From an uncultured Methanosarcinales archaeon (GTDB taxonomy: Archaea; Nanobdellota; Nanobdellia; Woesearchaeales; JABIAG01): 64,000 nucleotides of DNA. The stretch covers positions 16,717 to 80,716 of the forward strand of contig CAZLQZ010000004.1 of NCBI GenBank assembly GCA_964561995.1. Direction: 5' to 3'. Positions 1 to 9,541 of the stretch are shown piece after piece. Both the position numbers and the translations under genes were made by a program. How positions within the stretch are numbered: the first letter of the stretch is position 1; the number at the start of each line of letters is the position of its first letter. The notes under the pieces were generated by a model. The model was given only the letters and a program-made list of their open reading frames with translations. It did no database searches and was not told the origin of the DNA.

Positions 1-1434
1 GAACATACAGCAATTGCTACTGGACTTCCTGCGTCTCCTGGTGCAGCGGTTGGTGAAGTTGCATTTACTGCATCTGAAGCACACTTAAAAACTGAAGAAG
101 GTAAAAAAGTTATTTTAGTCAGAACTGAAACTTCTCCAGAAGATATCGAAGGAATGAATGCTGCTGTTGGTATTTTAACTTCTAGAGGTGGAATGACTTC
201 TCATGCAGCTGTTGTTGCAAGAGGTATGGGTACATGTTGTGTTGCAGGTTGTGGTGATTGTGTAATTAGTGAAGATGCAAAAACTTTGACAGTTGGTGAA
301 ATTCAAGTTAAAGAAGGAGAATTTATTACTTTAGATGGTGCAACTGGTGAAGTATTTGTGGGTAAAATTCCGACAATTGATCCGGAATTATCTGGTAACT
401 TTGGAACACTTATGAGTTGGGCTGATGAAGTTAGAAAATTAAAAATCAGAACTAATGCTGATATACCAAGAGATGCAAAAGTTGCAGTTAAATTTGGTGC
501 TGAAGGAATTGGTCTTTGTAGAACTGAACACATGTTCTTTGAAGGTGAAAGAATTAAGGCTGTAAGAGAAATGATTCTTTCTAAAGGAGTAGAAGGAAGA
601 AAAATAGCTTTAGCAAAATTGTTACCTTTCCAAAAAGCTGATTTCATAGGATTATTTGAAGCAATGGAAGGAAAACCAGTAACAATTAGATTGTTAGACC
701 CGCCATTGCACGAATTCTTACCACAAGAAGAATCAGATATAAAAGAACTTGCTCAAGAAATGGATGTAAGTGTTGAATCATTGAATGAAAAGATCGAATC
801 ATTACATGAATTAAATCCGATGCTTGGACACAGAGGATGTAGATTAGGAATTACATATCCTGAAATTACTGAAATGCAAGCAACTGCAATCTTTGAAGCA
901 GCAAAAGAAACTGGAGCAGTTCCAGAAGTAATGATTCCTTTAGTTGGTAATGTTGTAGAATTTGTTAACCAAAAAGAAATCGTTGTTAAAGTTGCAAAAG
1001 AATTAGGAATTGAAAATTATAAAGTTGGTACTATGATTGAAGTTCCTAGAGGTGCACTAACTGCTGATGAAATTGCAAAACATGCAGAATTCTTTAGTTT
1101 TGGAACTAATGATTTGACACAAATGACTTTAGGTTTTAGTAGAGATGATGTTGGAAAATTTATTCCTGAATATATTAAAAAAGGAATTTATGAAAGAGAT
1201 CCTTTCCAAGCATTAGATCAAACTGGTGTTGGTCAATTAGTAAAAATGGCAGTTGAAAAAGGTAAATCTGTAAGGGAAAATATTAAGTTAGGAATTTGTG
1301 GCGAACATGGTGGAGAACCATCATCAATAGAATTTTGTCATAAAGTTGGACTTAATTATGTAAGTTGTAGTCCTTATAGGGTACCTATTGCAAGATTGGC
1401 AGCAGCTCAAGCAGCATTAAAAGAAGAACAATAA
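1..1434 (+). CDS. ppdK: Pyruvate phosphate dikinase, C-terminal portion (5' end lies outside the window; frame 1 is open from nt 1)
   Basis: In-frame translation from nt 1 gives [22 protein letters not shown]... and [15 protein letters not shown], the classic PPDK phospho-His and PEP-utilizer motifs. A TIM-barrel C-terminal domain (GTNDLTQ) follows. Confidence 0.9.
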   Translation, partial: EHTAIATGLPASPGAAVGEVAFTASEAHLKTEEGKKVILVRTETSPEDIEGMNAAVGILTSRGGMTSHAAVVARGMGTCCVAGCGDCVISEDAKTLTVGEIQVKEGEFITLDGATGEVFVGKIPTIDPELSGNFGTLMSWADEVRKLKIRTNADIPRDAKVAVKFGAEGIGLCRTEHMFFEGERIKAVREMILSKGVEGRKIALAKLLPFQKADFIGLFEAMEGKPVTIRLLDPPLHEFLPQEESDIKELAQEMDVSVESLNEKIESLHELNPMLGHRGCRLGITYPEITEMQATAIFEAAKETGAVPEVMIPLVGNVVEFVNQKEIVVKVAKELGIENYKVGTMIEVPRGALTADEIAKHAEFFSFGTNDLTQMTLGFSRDDVGKFIPEYIKKGIYERDPFQALDQTGVGQLVKMAVEKGKSVRENIKLGICGEHGGEPSSIEFCHKVGLNYVSCSPYRVPIARLAAAQAALKEEQ

Positions 1435-1456
1435 GTTCTTTTATTTTTTTATTTTA
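1435..1456 (+). terminator. Oligo-T tract immediately after the ppdK stop (archaeal-type terminator candidate)
   Basis: gttcttttattttttttatttt directly after the TAA stop; convergent gene on the other strand. Confidence 0.35.
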
Positions 1457-1538
1457 ATTATTTGATTTTTCTATAATAATAATAATTATTATTTTAAAAT
1501 CAGAATGATTTTATAATTATTTTTTATTTTTTTAAAAT

Positions 1539-3668
1539 TTATTTTAGAATTTCTTTTATGTTATCAATAACTTCGGGATATTTTTCAATGTTAAGAAGTC
1601 CCGTATGTAATGTTTTTGTGCCTTTACATGTACCATTTATGATTATATTATTTGCATATTCTAGTTCTGCATTTGTTTTAATTACAACTCCATCACTTTC
1701 TTTTCCATTTGTTTTACATCCAATTCCTACAAAATTATAAATTGGGATATTTGGCTGAGTATCTCTGTTTAATTTATTTAAAAAAAGACTACCTTCATTC
1801 ATATCTCTGCATTCTAATTTTTCACCAAATAATCCACAATAATCTGCCACATTACCTACTACTCCTTTATTTGGCGTACCAATTAAAATAAGTTTATCAA
1901 CATTTTCTGTTCCAAAAATTTGCAAATATCTTCTTGCAACTAAACCACCCATGCTGTGAGCAATAATTGTAAATTTTTCTCCTCCAGTATGATACTTTAC
2001 TGTTTCAAGAAGTTCTTTTAATCTTACTGCGTATGTATCTATGTTTTCACTTTTTGTTTGTACTAATACAAAACCTTCTGGTTCTTCAAATAAATCAAAA
2101 TAATAACTTACTTTGATTGTTAATGGAGTGTTCATAACTCCCCAAAGTCCCTTGGGTAAGTCTCTTTTTGTATATATTGAAATTGCTCCTGTGCTCAAGT
2201 AACCTTCTTTTTCTAATTCATTTTGTATTTTTGTAAAAGCATGTAAGCTATATTCTGCTGAGACCTCTTTGTTGAATGAATGACCATGTAAAAAAATAAT
2301 TGGATTATTTTCATTTTCACAATTTATGCAACATTCTTTGCATTGATTTTCTAAACAACAAATTGGTTTATTTTCTTCAAAAGTAACGTTTAAATCATAG
2401 TTTGTAAAATTAATAATTTCTAGTTTTTTGATATTTATATTGTTAATTTTATTAATTAATTCAAATTTACATTTTAAAGGTAAAAGTTTTTCACTACTAT
2501 TTTGGTCTAAATTAACAATTAATTTATTGATTTCATTACATATTTCAATTATGTTTGTAGCATTACTTTTTTCTTTACATGTACCAGTTTTATTACAAAT
2601 TTCATCAATATTTAGGTTTAATTTATCCCTTTTATTATTAAAAGTTTGATTTAAAGATTCTTTGATTTTGTTAATTTTAAAATTTATTTTTGCAATATTA
2701 TTTTTTTCTTTAGTAAGATTTATTTTTCTTTCAAAATGGATAGAATTAATTTCTAATATAATCTCATTTAAATCTAAACTTAGATATTTAGATATTATTT
2801 GTTGACTTAATGGACTTATTATTTCATTATCTTTTTTTAAAGAATCAATAAGAAAGTTATACTCTTGATATTTTTTATTAATTATATTTAGTATGTAAGT
2901 AGATTCAAGATTAAGATCATTAGTTGTTCGATTAAGAAATATAAATTCTTTTTTGATTTTTTCATATTTACTTTCATTCCATATCTTGTTTATTTGTTTA
3001 ATATATTTTGTTAAAAGTAATGTGTCTTCTTTAAATGAAGAAATGTCAAGTTCAAAATTAGTTTTATTTTGTAATTTTTCAATATTAATTTCAAATAAAA
3101 TTTGATTTTTATTTAAATTTGAAATTAGGTTTGTTTTTTCATTTAGTAATGAAATGTACTGTTCTTTAATTATATTTTCTTCTTCTGTTAATTTTCTATT
3201 AACAAATAAAACTTTATTGATTTCAATTGGGTCTTTTTTTGTATGACAAAAGAACGTTTGTATGGCATTACATTTTATTGAATATCTAAACAGTTCGTAT
3301 CCTTCTCCCTCATTATTTGAACTAATATTAAATTTTTCTTCAAAGGGTATAGAACTTCTAACTTCAAAACTTTCATTATTGATGTTTGATTTATTGCTTA
3401 ACGCATCTAATTTGGATGAACATTGACTTTTACAAAAAGGATTTGTTATTATTTGTGTTTTAAATGAAATTTCTTTTGTTTCACCTTTTTCAATCTCAAT
3501 ATATTCTTCTGATGATTCTAACTTAATAATTATATCATTTCCAAGAAAAAAGTTGAAGTAAAGAAAAAGTTTAGTTCCAAATATCAATGTTAGAATTACT
3601 ATTACACTTATAATTAATATTGGTTTTTTTTTTTCAATAATGAAATCTTTAACTTTTTTTAGCTCCAT
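1539..3668 (-). CDS. Membrane-anchored alpha/beta-hydrolase (lipase/esterase-like, GxSxG = AHSMGG) with a long Asn/Lys-rich coiled-coil stalk
   Basis: N-terminal TM helix (ILIISVIVILTLIFGTKLF). About 400 aa of low-complexity coiled coil. C-terminal domain carries FLHGHS...IIAHSMGGLVARRYL, typical of PGAP1/lipase-class serine hydrolases. Confidence 0.5.
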   Translation of the reverse strand: MELKKVKDFIIEKKKPILIISVIVILTLIFGTKLFLYFNFFLGNDIIIKLESSEEYIEIEKGETKEISFKTQIITNPFCKSQCSSKLDALSNKSNINNESFEVRSSIPFEEKFNISSNNEGEGYELFRYSIKCNAIQTFFCHTKKDPIEINKVLFVNRKLTEEENIIKEQYISLLNEKTNLISNLNKNQILFEINIEKLQNKTNFELDISSFKEDTLLLTKYIKQINKIWNESKYEKIKKEFIFLNRTTNDLNLESTYILNIINKKYQEYNFLIDSLKKDNEIISPLSQQIISKYLSLDLNEIILEINSIHFERKINLTKEKNNIAKINFKINKIKESLNQTFNNKRDKLNLNIDEICNKTGTCKEKSNATNIIEICNEINKLIVNLDQNSSEKLLPLKCKFELINKINNINIKKLEIINFTNYDLNVTFEENKPICCLENQCKECCINCENENNPIIFLHGHSFNKEVSAEYSLHAFTKIQNELEKEGYLSTGAISIYTKRDLPKGLWGVMNTPLTIKVSYYFDLFEEPEGFVLVQTKSENIDTYAVRLKELLETVKYHTGGEKFTIIAHSMGGLVARRYLQIFGTENVDKLILIGTPNKGVVGNVADYCGLFGEKLECRDMNEGSLFLNKLNRDTQPNIPIYNFVGIGCKTNGKESDGVVIKTNAELEYANNIIINGTCKGTKTLHTGLLNIEKYPEVIDNIKEILK

Positions 3669-3699
3669 CTATGTTATAATAACCTACGCATATTTTAAT

Positions 3700-4596
3700 C
3701 TATTGAAAATTCATAGTAATAAATGGTCCCGAGAGGTTATTAATTGCGACAATTAAATTTAAACAGTGATGACTCAATGTTCCTTTTTCTTTTACTAATT
3801 GTCTACCTGTTTTAGTTAATTCTTTTCTTTTATCATAGAAAATTTTCCATTTATTATTATCATATTTGTAAAATAATTCATAAAATAAACTTAAAAATTT
3901 ATGAGTCTCTCTGAAATATTTTATTGAATTCTCTTCAGGTTTTTCGCCATCTAATAAATCATCAATAATATATTTGTATATATCACAAATGGCTTCAATT
4001 TCTCTTACTATTACATAATATAGGTTTGTTTTTGAATTGTCTTTGTATCCGTTTTTATTTAGAATTCTTAAACAAAACATACTTACTTTATTATTCTCTT
4101 TTTCTAATTTTCTTACTTCTTTTAAGTCAATTTTTTCTCCATTGAAGTATAATTGTATGGATAATGATATCTCTTTTGTTAAAAGAAAACATTTTCTTAA
4201 CATTGTATCAAATTCATTTTCTAATACTGCTGCAACATTTTTAATAATGCAGTAATCTTCTTCTTTTTCAACAATCTCAAATCCTAATAGGTCTATTTTT
4301 CTTATTTCGTTTAATATTTCATTATCTTTGAATTTTATTTTTATTTCATCATATCCTTTCATGTATGCATCACCAAGATATCTTTTGTCAAATACTTGAT
4401 TTTCAACGTCTAATAGAATTTTTTGTTTATTTGATTCTTTTTCATTAGTAATTAATAATTTACTACCTTTATCAATTACTTCAACTTCTGAACCTTTTAT
4501 TATATTATTTTTATTTGCCCACTCAATAGGCAATGAAACAACTAATGTTTTTACTGAAAGTTGTATGACTTTTCTTTTCATATCTTCTAGAATCAT
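3700..4596 (-). CDS. Putative regulator: SpoVT/AbrB-like N-terminal swapped-hairpin plus a helical (PhoU-like?) C-terminal domain
   Basis: N-terminus VIQLSVKTLVVSLPIEWANKNNIIKGSEVEV resembles AbrB/MazE DNA-binding domains; the rest is helical; a palindrome-rich divergent promoter lies upstream. Confidence 0.3.
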   Translation of the reverse strand: MILEDMKRKVIQLSVKTLVVSLPIEWANKNNIIKGSEVEVIDKGSKLLITNEKESNKQKILLDVENQVFDKRYLGDAYMKGYDEIKIKFKDNEILNEIRKIDLLGFEIVEKEEDYCIIKNVAAVLENEFDTMLRKCFLLTKEISLSIQLYFNGEKIDLKEVRKLEKENNKVSMFCLRILNKNGYKDNSKTNLYYVIVREIEAICDIYKYIIDDLLDGEKPEENSIKYFRETHKFLSLFYELFYKYDNNKWKIFYDKRKELTKTGRQLVKEKGTLSHHCLNLIVAINNLSGPFITMNFQ

Positions 4597-4632
4597 TAAT
4601 TGGTTTTAATTCTTTTCTATATTTAAAGCCAA

Positions 4633-4674
4633 CCTTATACATGTATAAGGTAGTTTTTTTTTTATAAGCTTATA
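4633..4674. promoter_or_regulatory. Two perfect palindromes (CCTTATACATGTATAAGG and TATAAGCTTATA) separated by a T10 run in the divergent intergenic region
   Basis: Both palindromes are exact reverse-complement repeats sharing TATAAG/CTTATA half-sites. They sit between the AbrB-like gene (minus) and the Lrp/AsnC gene (plus). Confidence 0.5.
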
Positions 4675-4719
4675 ACTAAATATCTTCGAAATAATTACAA
4701 TATTATTGGAGGAATTAAC

Positions 4720-5178
4720 ATGAATAATGAAAAAGAATTGAAAATGTTGAGTTATTTACGAAAAAATGGTCGGGAAAGATTAACAAAAATCAGTAGACAA
4801 ACTAAGATGCCGGTGTCAACTTTGTTTGATATGCTTCAAAAAACAAATAAAATTGTGAAAAATACTTGTTTATTGGATTTTTCTAAATTGGGTTTTTCAA
4901 TAAGAGCAAATGTTATTTTGAAAGTTAAACCTACACAAAGAACTCAGTTAAAAGAATTTTTAATTAATTATGTGAATTTAAATTCTTTATATCAAATTAA
5001 TAATGGGTATGATTTTATGGTTGAAGTTGTATGTCAGGAGCTTGATGAATTAGAAACTTTTTTGGAAAAGATTGAGGATGATTTTGATATTGTAGAAAAA
5101 AATGTATACTATATTATCAAAGATATTGCAAGAGAACAATTCTTAAGTAATCCTAATTCATTGTTGTTTTTGAATTAA
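4720..5178 (+). CDS. Lrp/AsnC-family transcriptional regulator
   Basis: N-terminal HTH (LSYLRKNGRERLTKISRQTKMPVSTLFDMLQK) plus a C-terminal RAM-like domain; 152 aa. Confidence 0.6.
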   Translation: MNNEKELKMLSYLRKNGRERLTKISRQTKMPVSTLFDMLQKTNKIVKNTCLLDFSKLGFSIRANVILKVKPTQRTQLKEFLINYVNLNSLYQINNGYDFMVEVVCQELDELETFLEKIEDDFDIVEKNVYYIIKDIAREQFLSNPNSLLFLN

Positions 5179-5835
5179 TCTTTTTTTAACTTTTTCTTTA
5201 AAAAGAATTACCGATAATATTGCACTTGTTATAATTGAAAAGATTATTACTGTTAGGTTTAAAGTAGGATTTGTAAAACTATCTCCCAAAGAAGCTGCAA
5301 TAAAACCATATGGTAGTGCACCAATTAACATTATTAAGATGAAATCTTTAAATCTTATGTCACTTAAACTTGCAGAAATTGCAATCAATTCATTTGGAAA
5401 TATTGGAATTAACCTTGCAATGTATAATGCATAAACAGCATCTTTTTTTATCATTTTTTTAAGATAGTTTAATTCTTTGTGTTTTCCTTTTTTTATGAAT
5501 CTTTTATGACCGTATTTTTTTATTACCTTGAATAATATCGAAGAACCAATAAGCATGGCAGATATGGAATATAATGCTCCTGCAATCATTCCAAATAAAA
5601 ATCCACCTAATACGTATATAAAAAATAGGGGTACAACTTCAAATAATGAAAAAAGTATCATTACAAACATAAAAGCAAATACTGATAAAGCTCCGGTGGA
5701 TTTGATAAAATCTCTTATTTCTTCAACATTAAATAAATTGTTTAAATCATTATGAATAACTAATATTACAACAAATATTAATATGGCAGCATACACTAGG
5801 GGTGCGATCTCTTTAGCTAATTTTTTCCAGTGCAT
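5158..5835 (-). CDS. Polytopic membrane protein, DedA/TVP38-like
   Basis: 5-6 predicted TM helices; VTT-like central region; no catalytic motif recognised. Confidence 0.3.
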   Translation of the reverse strand: MHWKKLAKEIAPLVYAAILIFVVILVIHNDLNNLFNVEEIRDFIKSTGALSVFAFMFVMILFSLFEVVPLFFIYVLGGFLFGMIAGALYSISAMLIGSSILFKVIKKYGHKRFIKKGKHKELNYLKKMIKKDAVYALYIARLIPIFPNELIAISASLSDIRFKDFILIMLIGALPYGFIAASLGDSFTNPTLNLTVIIFSIITSAILSVILFKEKVKKRLIQKQQ

Positions 5836-5906
5836 ACTTAGAAATAGATATTTTAGTTATTAAATGTTTTGTTAATCTTTTTAAACTATAGGACAACTCA
5901 GAATTT

Positions 5907-6401
5907 ATGAGTGATGTAAACAAATTAATCGATGACCTTTGGGTTAATCATTTAGTAAGGCTAACTAATCCACCAAAAAAAGTTTTTTATGCAAGATATA
6001 ACCTTTTTAAAGGAAATAATCATGATGTTGTTATATTTAATAATTTTGACACTGTTGGTTTTATAACTTTAAGAAATTCAGGAAAAAATTATAGAATTCT
6101 TAATGATTCTTTAGTAGTTCCTCATGAAGGATTTAGTAATAAACTGGGTTATGGTATTGAGGTTAAAGAAAAATATGAACGTAGAAATTTTGGTCATGCT
6201 CTTTTAAGTTTAGGAATTGGTGTTGCAATTAAAGATTTTAATGAGAAAGGTTTAGAAGATTTTGTGGTAAAAGTCTCAGGAATAAGTTCAAAAACACATT
6301 TTTATGAATCCTTCGGTTTTGAAACTCCAGGTTTTGGTGGTACATATAACCAAAGAAGCGTTCCAGACATTAATATTGTTTTTCCACATTATGAATATTA
6401 A
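5907..6401 (+). CDS. GNAT-family N-acetyltransferase (putative)
   Basis: RRNFGHALLSLGIGVA resembles the acetyl-CoA-binding Q/RxxGxG/A motif; 164 aa. Confidence 0.4.
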   Translation: MSDVNKLIDDLWVNHLVRLTNPPKKVFYARYNLFKGNNHDVVIFNNFDTVGFITLRNSGKNYRILNDSLVVPHEGFSNKLGYGIEVKEKYERRNFGHALLSLGIGVAIKDFNEKGLEDFVVKVSGISSKTHFYESFGFETPGFGGTYNQRSVPDINIVFPHYEY

Positions 6402-6403
6402 TT

Positions 6404-7120
6404 TTAAGAATTTTGTATTTCTATACTAATAGCTTTTTCTAGAACTTTAATTTTCATTGGACACTCTTTATAGTCAAGTTTATTGTCTTCACAGAATTCA
6501 ATAATTTTTTCTTTTTCTTTTTCTGTTTTAAATTTAACAAGAATGTTTATTTCTTTTCCAATGACATTAAATTTTATTTTTTTAAAAATTTCTTCTCTTT
6601 TTTCTTTTAGTTTTTTTAATCTATTTGGAAGGTTTTCTATTTTTTCATTTAATAAATTCATTTTAGCAATGTCAAAATCTGAAAAAATATTTAGATCATT
6701 GTCACTTGCAATTATTCCGCCGTATCCTAAATTAATCATTTTGTTTTTACCAAAACTACAAACAATTATGTCTGCTTCTGGAATTCTTTTTCCAATACTT
6801 CCAGTAATATCTGCAATGTAGAGAACATCATTCTTTCTTTTAATTTTATTTTGCATAAAAGCATAAGCTGGCATATCGTTAAACAGTACAACTCCTTTTT
6901 TTACATCATCAAAGTTAATGATTCCTCGTTTAGTTTTTAATTCAATAATCTTGAATTTTAATTTTTTACCATATTGTTCGTAAGTAATCCAATCACCTTG
7001 ATCTGCTAAGTATAGTGTATCATGTTTAGTTCGAGCATATCTTAATGCTTGTAAGATTGCTCTATTTCCTCTAGTAGTAAGAATTACGTTTTTTTTATTG
7101 GTTAGTTTATTTAGTTCCAT
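6404..7120 (-). CDS. Short DegT/DnrJ/EryC1-like PLP-fold protein (putative sugar aminotransferase-like, truncated architecture)
   Basis: VILTTRGNRAILQALRYA and CSFGKNKMINLGYGGIIASDN match the FSFxxxKxIxxGxGGxI PLP-lysine region of DegT-family enzymes; only 238 aa. Confidence 0.3.
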   Translation of the reverse strand: MELNKLTNKKNVILTTRGNRAILQALRYARTKHDTLYLADQGDWITYEQYGKKLKFKIIELKTKRGIINFDDVKKGVVLFNDMPAYAFMQNKIKRKNDVLYIADITGSIGKRIPEADIIVCSFGKNKMINLGYGGIIASDNDLNIFSDFDIAKMNLLNEKIENLPNRLKKLKEKREEIFKKIKFNVIGKEINILVKFKTEKEKEKIIEFCEDNKLDYKECPMKIKVLEKAISIEIQNS

Positions 7121-7775
7121 TTTCTTTTTTAATTATTTCAATTAAATCATAAAAATGTTCTGCTTCATAATCCGTTTTTAATTTATTTTTTGTTCTGGAT
7201 CCATATTTTGCAAAACAAATCTTAATGCCTGCATTTTTAGCTCCTTTAACATCTGTATCTGGTCTATCTCCTAACATTAGGGCTTCTTTTGCTTTAACAT
7301 TTAATCCTTTAAGTACTTTTTCAAAACCTTTTATGTTTGGTTTATTGGCATCTGCTATTATTATATCAAAAAAAGGAAGAAGTTTCATGGCATCTAATCT
7401 TTTTAATGCCTTTAATTTTGGAGCATCTGAAAGAACTGCAAGTTTAATTCCTTTTTTTATTAAATATATTAAAGTCGGTATAACTGTTGGATATGGTTCT
7501 AAAAATGCACTTTTTATTTTTCTGTAAGCGTTTGTAGCTACAGCAATTTTTATGTCGTCAACTTTATCATATTTAGATAAAAATTCAGTTAACCATTCAT
7601 TACTTTCAATACCAACTTTCCAATATATTTTCATTAATTTATTGTAAGCATCATCAAAATCCATTCTTAAGCCAGCATTAATCATGGCTTTAATAGCAGC
7701 TTCAACTGCTTTTTCCTTCATTGTGTAGAAATCAACTAATGTGTTGTCTACATCTAATATTATTGCTTTTATCAT
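7107..7775 (-). CDS. HAD-superfamily hydrolase (probable start at MIKAIILDVDNTL; the track ORF extends to 7826)
   Basis: DVDNTLV (DxDxT motif I) near the N-terminus; motif III GDRPDTD-like. Confidence 0.6.
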   Translation of the reverse strand: MIKAIILDVDNTLVDFYTMKEKAVEAAIKAMINAGLRMDFDDAYNKLMKIYWKVGIESNEWLTEFLSKYDKVDDIKIAVATNAYRKIKSAFLEPYPTVIPTLIYLIKKGIKLAVLSDAPKLKALKRLDAMKLLPFFDIIIADANKPNIKGFEKVLKGLNVKAKEALMLGDRPDTDVKGAKNAGIKICFAKYGSRTKNKLKTDYEAEHFYDLIEIIKKENGTK

Positions 7776-7847
7776 AGTGTATTGTAAGTAATCTGGTATA
7801 TAAATATGTGTGGGGAGACTTATCACTCCTACCTTTTCATGATTTTT

Positions 7848-8360
7848 TTAAGTACAGTATTGTGATAATGGATCATCTTTATATTGTCGCATTTTATCTA
7901 TTAATTCATTTAATATTTGTTGTGCATTTTCTGGTAAAGTTCCCATCATTTCAAATACTTCTGGTCCTTGCTTAAGAAAATCTTCTAACAAAATTTTTGA
8001 ATCTCCCGAAAAACCAGGATATTCTATTTGGAACATTGGTTTATCTTTTAAATCGACATGTTTGTCATTAAGATCAATAATGTCTGAACCGGGATTTTTG
8101 TGAAAAAGAACAACTCTTTTTGGACATAAGTAATCTCTTAATAACCATTTATCAAATGTCATAGATAACCAAGATTTACATTTAGAATAATCATTGTTAA
8201 CAACATATTCTATTTTAAAAAGATTTATGCCATAACTTGTCCAGTAAATTGATTGTCCATCTAATTTTTGAATCTTTGTCCATGGTATTAAATGGTCTGA
8301 TTCTTTTTTAGATTCGATAAGTTCTTTTAAACCAGTAAATGCTCTTGAGTCTTCTTTCAT
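7848..8360 (-). CDS. Hypothetical protein
   Basis: 170-aa ORF, first in the minus-strand operon with the HAD and DegT-like genes; no recognisable motif. Confidence 0.4.
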   Translation of the reverse strand: MKEDSRAFTGLKELIESKKESDHLIPWTKIQKLDGQSIYWTSYGINLFKIEYVVNNDYSKCKSWLSMTFDKWLLRDYLCPKRVVLFHKNPGSDIIDLNDKHVDLKDKPMFQIEYPGFSGDSKILLEDFLKQGPEVFEMMGTLPENAQQILNELIDKMRQYKDDPLSQYCT

Positions 8361-8443
8361 AATATTGAAGAATTGGCGATTATTAAAAAGTTATTTGTAA
8401 TTTCTAAAACTTTATAATAAGTTTAATCTTTTTTTATTTATTC

Positions 8444-8527
8444 GCGGAGGTGGCTGAGTGGTCAAAAGCGCTAGGTTGAGGGCCTAGTTCCTTAGTGGAT
8501 GCGCGTGTTCGAACCACGTCCTCCGCA
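8444..8527 (+). tRNA. tRNA-Leu (anticodon GAG), long variable arm, no intron
   Basis: Acceptor GCGGAGG/CCTCCGC; anticodon stem CTAGG/CCTAG with loop TTGAGGG; T-arm GCGTG-TTCGAAC-CACGT; TATA-like box upstream. Confidence 0.8.
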
Positions 8528-8598
8528 TTAAAATTTTATTTCAAAAAATTTATATACTTTGTTTTTAAATGTATTAAATATATATCAATGAGGTAAAA

Positions 8599-9465
8599 AT
8601 GTTTTCAAGTGAACAATATACGTTAGGAATTCCAATTAAGGAAGATATCTGTAATGAATTACAACAATTAATTTTTTCAATTATTGAAAAAGAACCATCA
8701 ATAGGAATTGATAAAAATACAACACAGAAGATAGAAGTTAAAGGTGAATTTCATATTACATTAGGTGTTTTTCATCCTAGTGCTTTTAAAAGTAATAAAA
8801 GTATGTTTAAGCATATAATTCATTTTTTAAGACAACATAAAAGTGTTTATTCAGAATTGAAAAAAGTGTTTAAAGGAAATGTTTTAATTAAAGGAATTGG
8901 TTTTGCTCATTCTAATAAATTAGTTAATAATGTGAAGGATGCGGATGTTACATATGCTGTTGCAGAATCAAGTGAAGTCAATACAATACGGTCGAAAATT
9001 CATGATTTATTGAGATTCTCAGGTATAGATGAAAAACATTTTATTTTTACAGACCCCCATATAACATTATTTATTAAATCTGGAAAAAAAGATGTTCATG
9101 GAGTAAATAAACCATTAAGAATTCCTTTAAATTCATTTTTAAATAAAAATAAATTAAATTTTAATTTTGAAACAGTAGTTTTTTATGGAACTAATAATAA
9201 GGCAATTGCTACATTTGGACCAAATGTTAAAAGTAAACCTTCAATAAAATTTGGTAAAATTCTTAAGACGAAGATACAAGAAATAAAAAGAAATGAAGTT
9301 AAAAGTGGACCTCAATATAATTGGGGAAATTTATTCAAAGATTTAGAATTTAGAGGAAAGGCTAATGAAATTAAAAATATTTTGATGGATTCTTCAAAAG
9401 GACCAAAAGAATTAGCCAAATTAATGGGTAGAGACATGGGAAAAGTAATGAAATTACTTAAATAA
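8599..9465 (+). CDS. 2H phosphoesterase superfamily protein (LigT/ThpR-like RNA 2',3'-cyclic phosphodiesterase / 2'-5' RNA ligase) with a C-terminal extension
   Basis: Two H-x-T-x motifs (FHITLGVF and PHITLFIK) spaced as in LigT; 288 aa against ~180 aa for canonical LigT. Confidence 0.6.
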   Translation: MFSSEQYTLGIPIKEDICNELQQLIFSIIEKEPSIGIDKNTTQKIEVKGEFHITLGVFHPSAFKSNKSMFKHIIHFLRQHKSVYSELKKVFKGNVLIKGIGFAHSNKLVNNVKDADVTYAVAESSEVNTIRSKIHDLLRFSGIDEKHFIFTDPHITLFIKSGKKDVHGVNKPLRIPLNSFLNKNKLNFNFETVVFYGTNNKAIATFGPNVKSKPSIKFGKILKTKIQEIKRNEVKSGPQYNWGNLFKDLEFRGKANEIKNILMDSSKGPKELAKLMGRDMGKVMKLLK

Positions 9466-9541
9466 TTGTCCAGTCAAATGTTTTAAATTTTTATAGGTTT
9501 TGTTTCAAAAAATTTATATGTTCTTTAAGTAAAATTTACTT

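Noticed and set aside
303-647. Antisense ORF inside ppdK (and similar antisense/overlapping track ORFs at 1558..1891, 2428..2649, 4037..4255, 5528..5755, 6483..6821, 7225..7527, 12793..13086, 14358..14576, 23077..23265, 27950..28159, 30988..31254, 33502..34035, 34775..35023, 36745..36945, 38853..39173, 41090..41296, 42894..43190, 45223..45447, 49193..49396, 49696..49881, 50414..50599, 51211..51507, 52108..52419, 52689..52874, 57660..57860)
   Set aside because: Each lies wholly within or substantially overlapping a longer ORF with clear homology or better coding character on the opposite strand or frame; low-complexity translations typical of AT-rich antisense frames.
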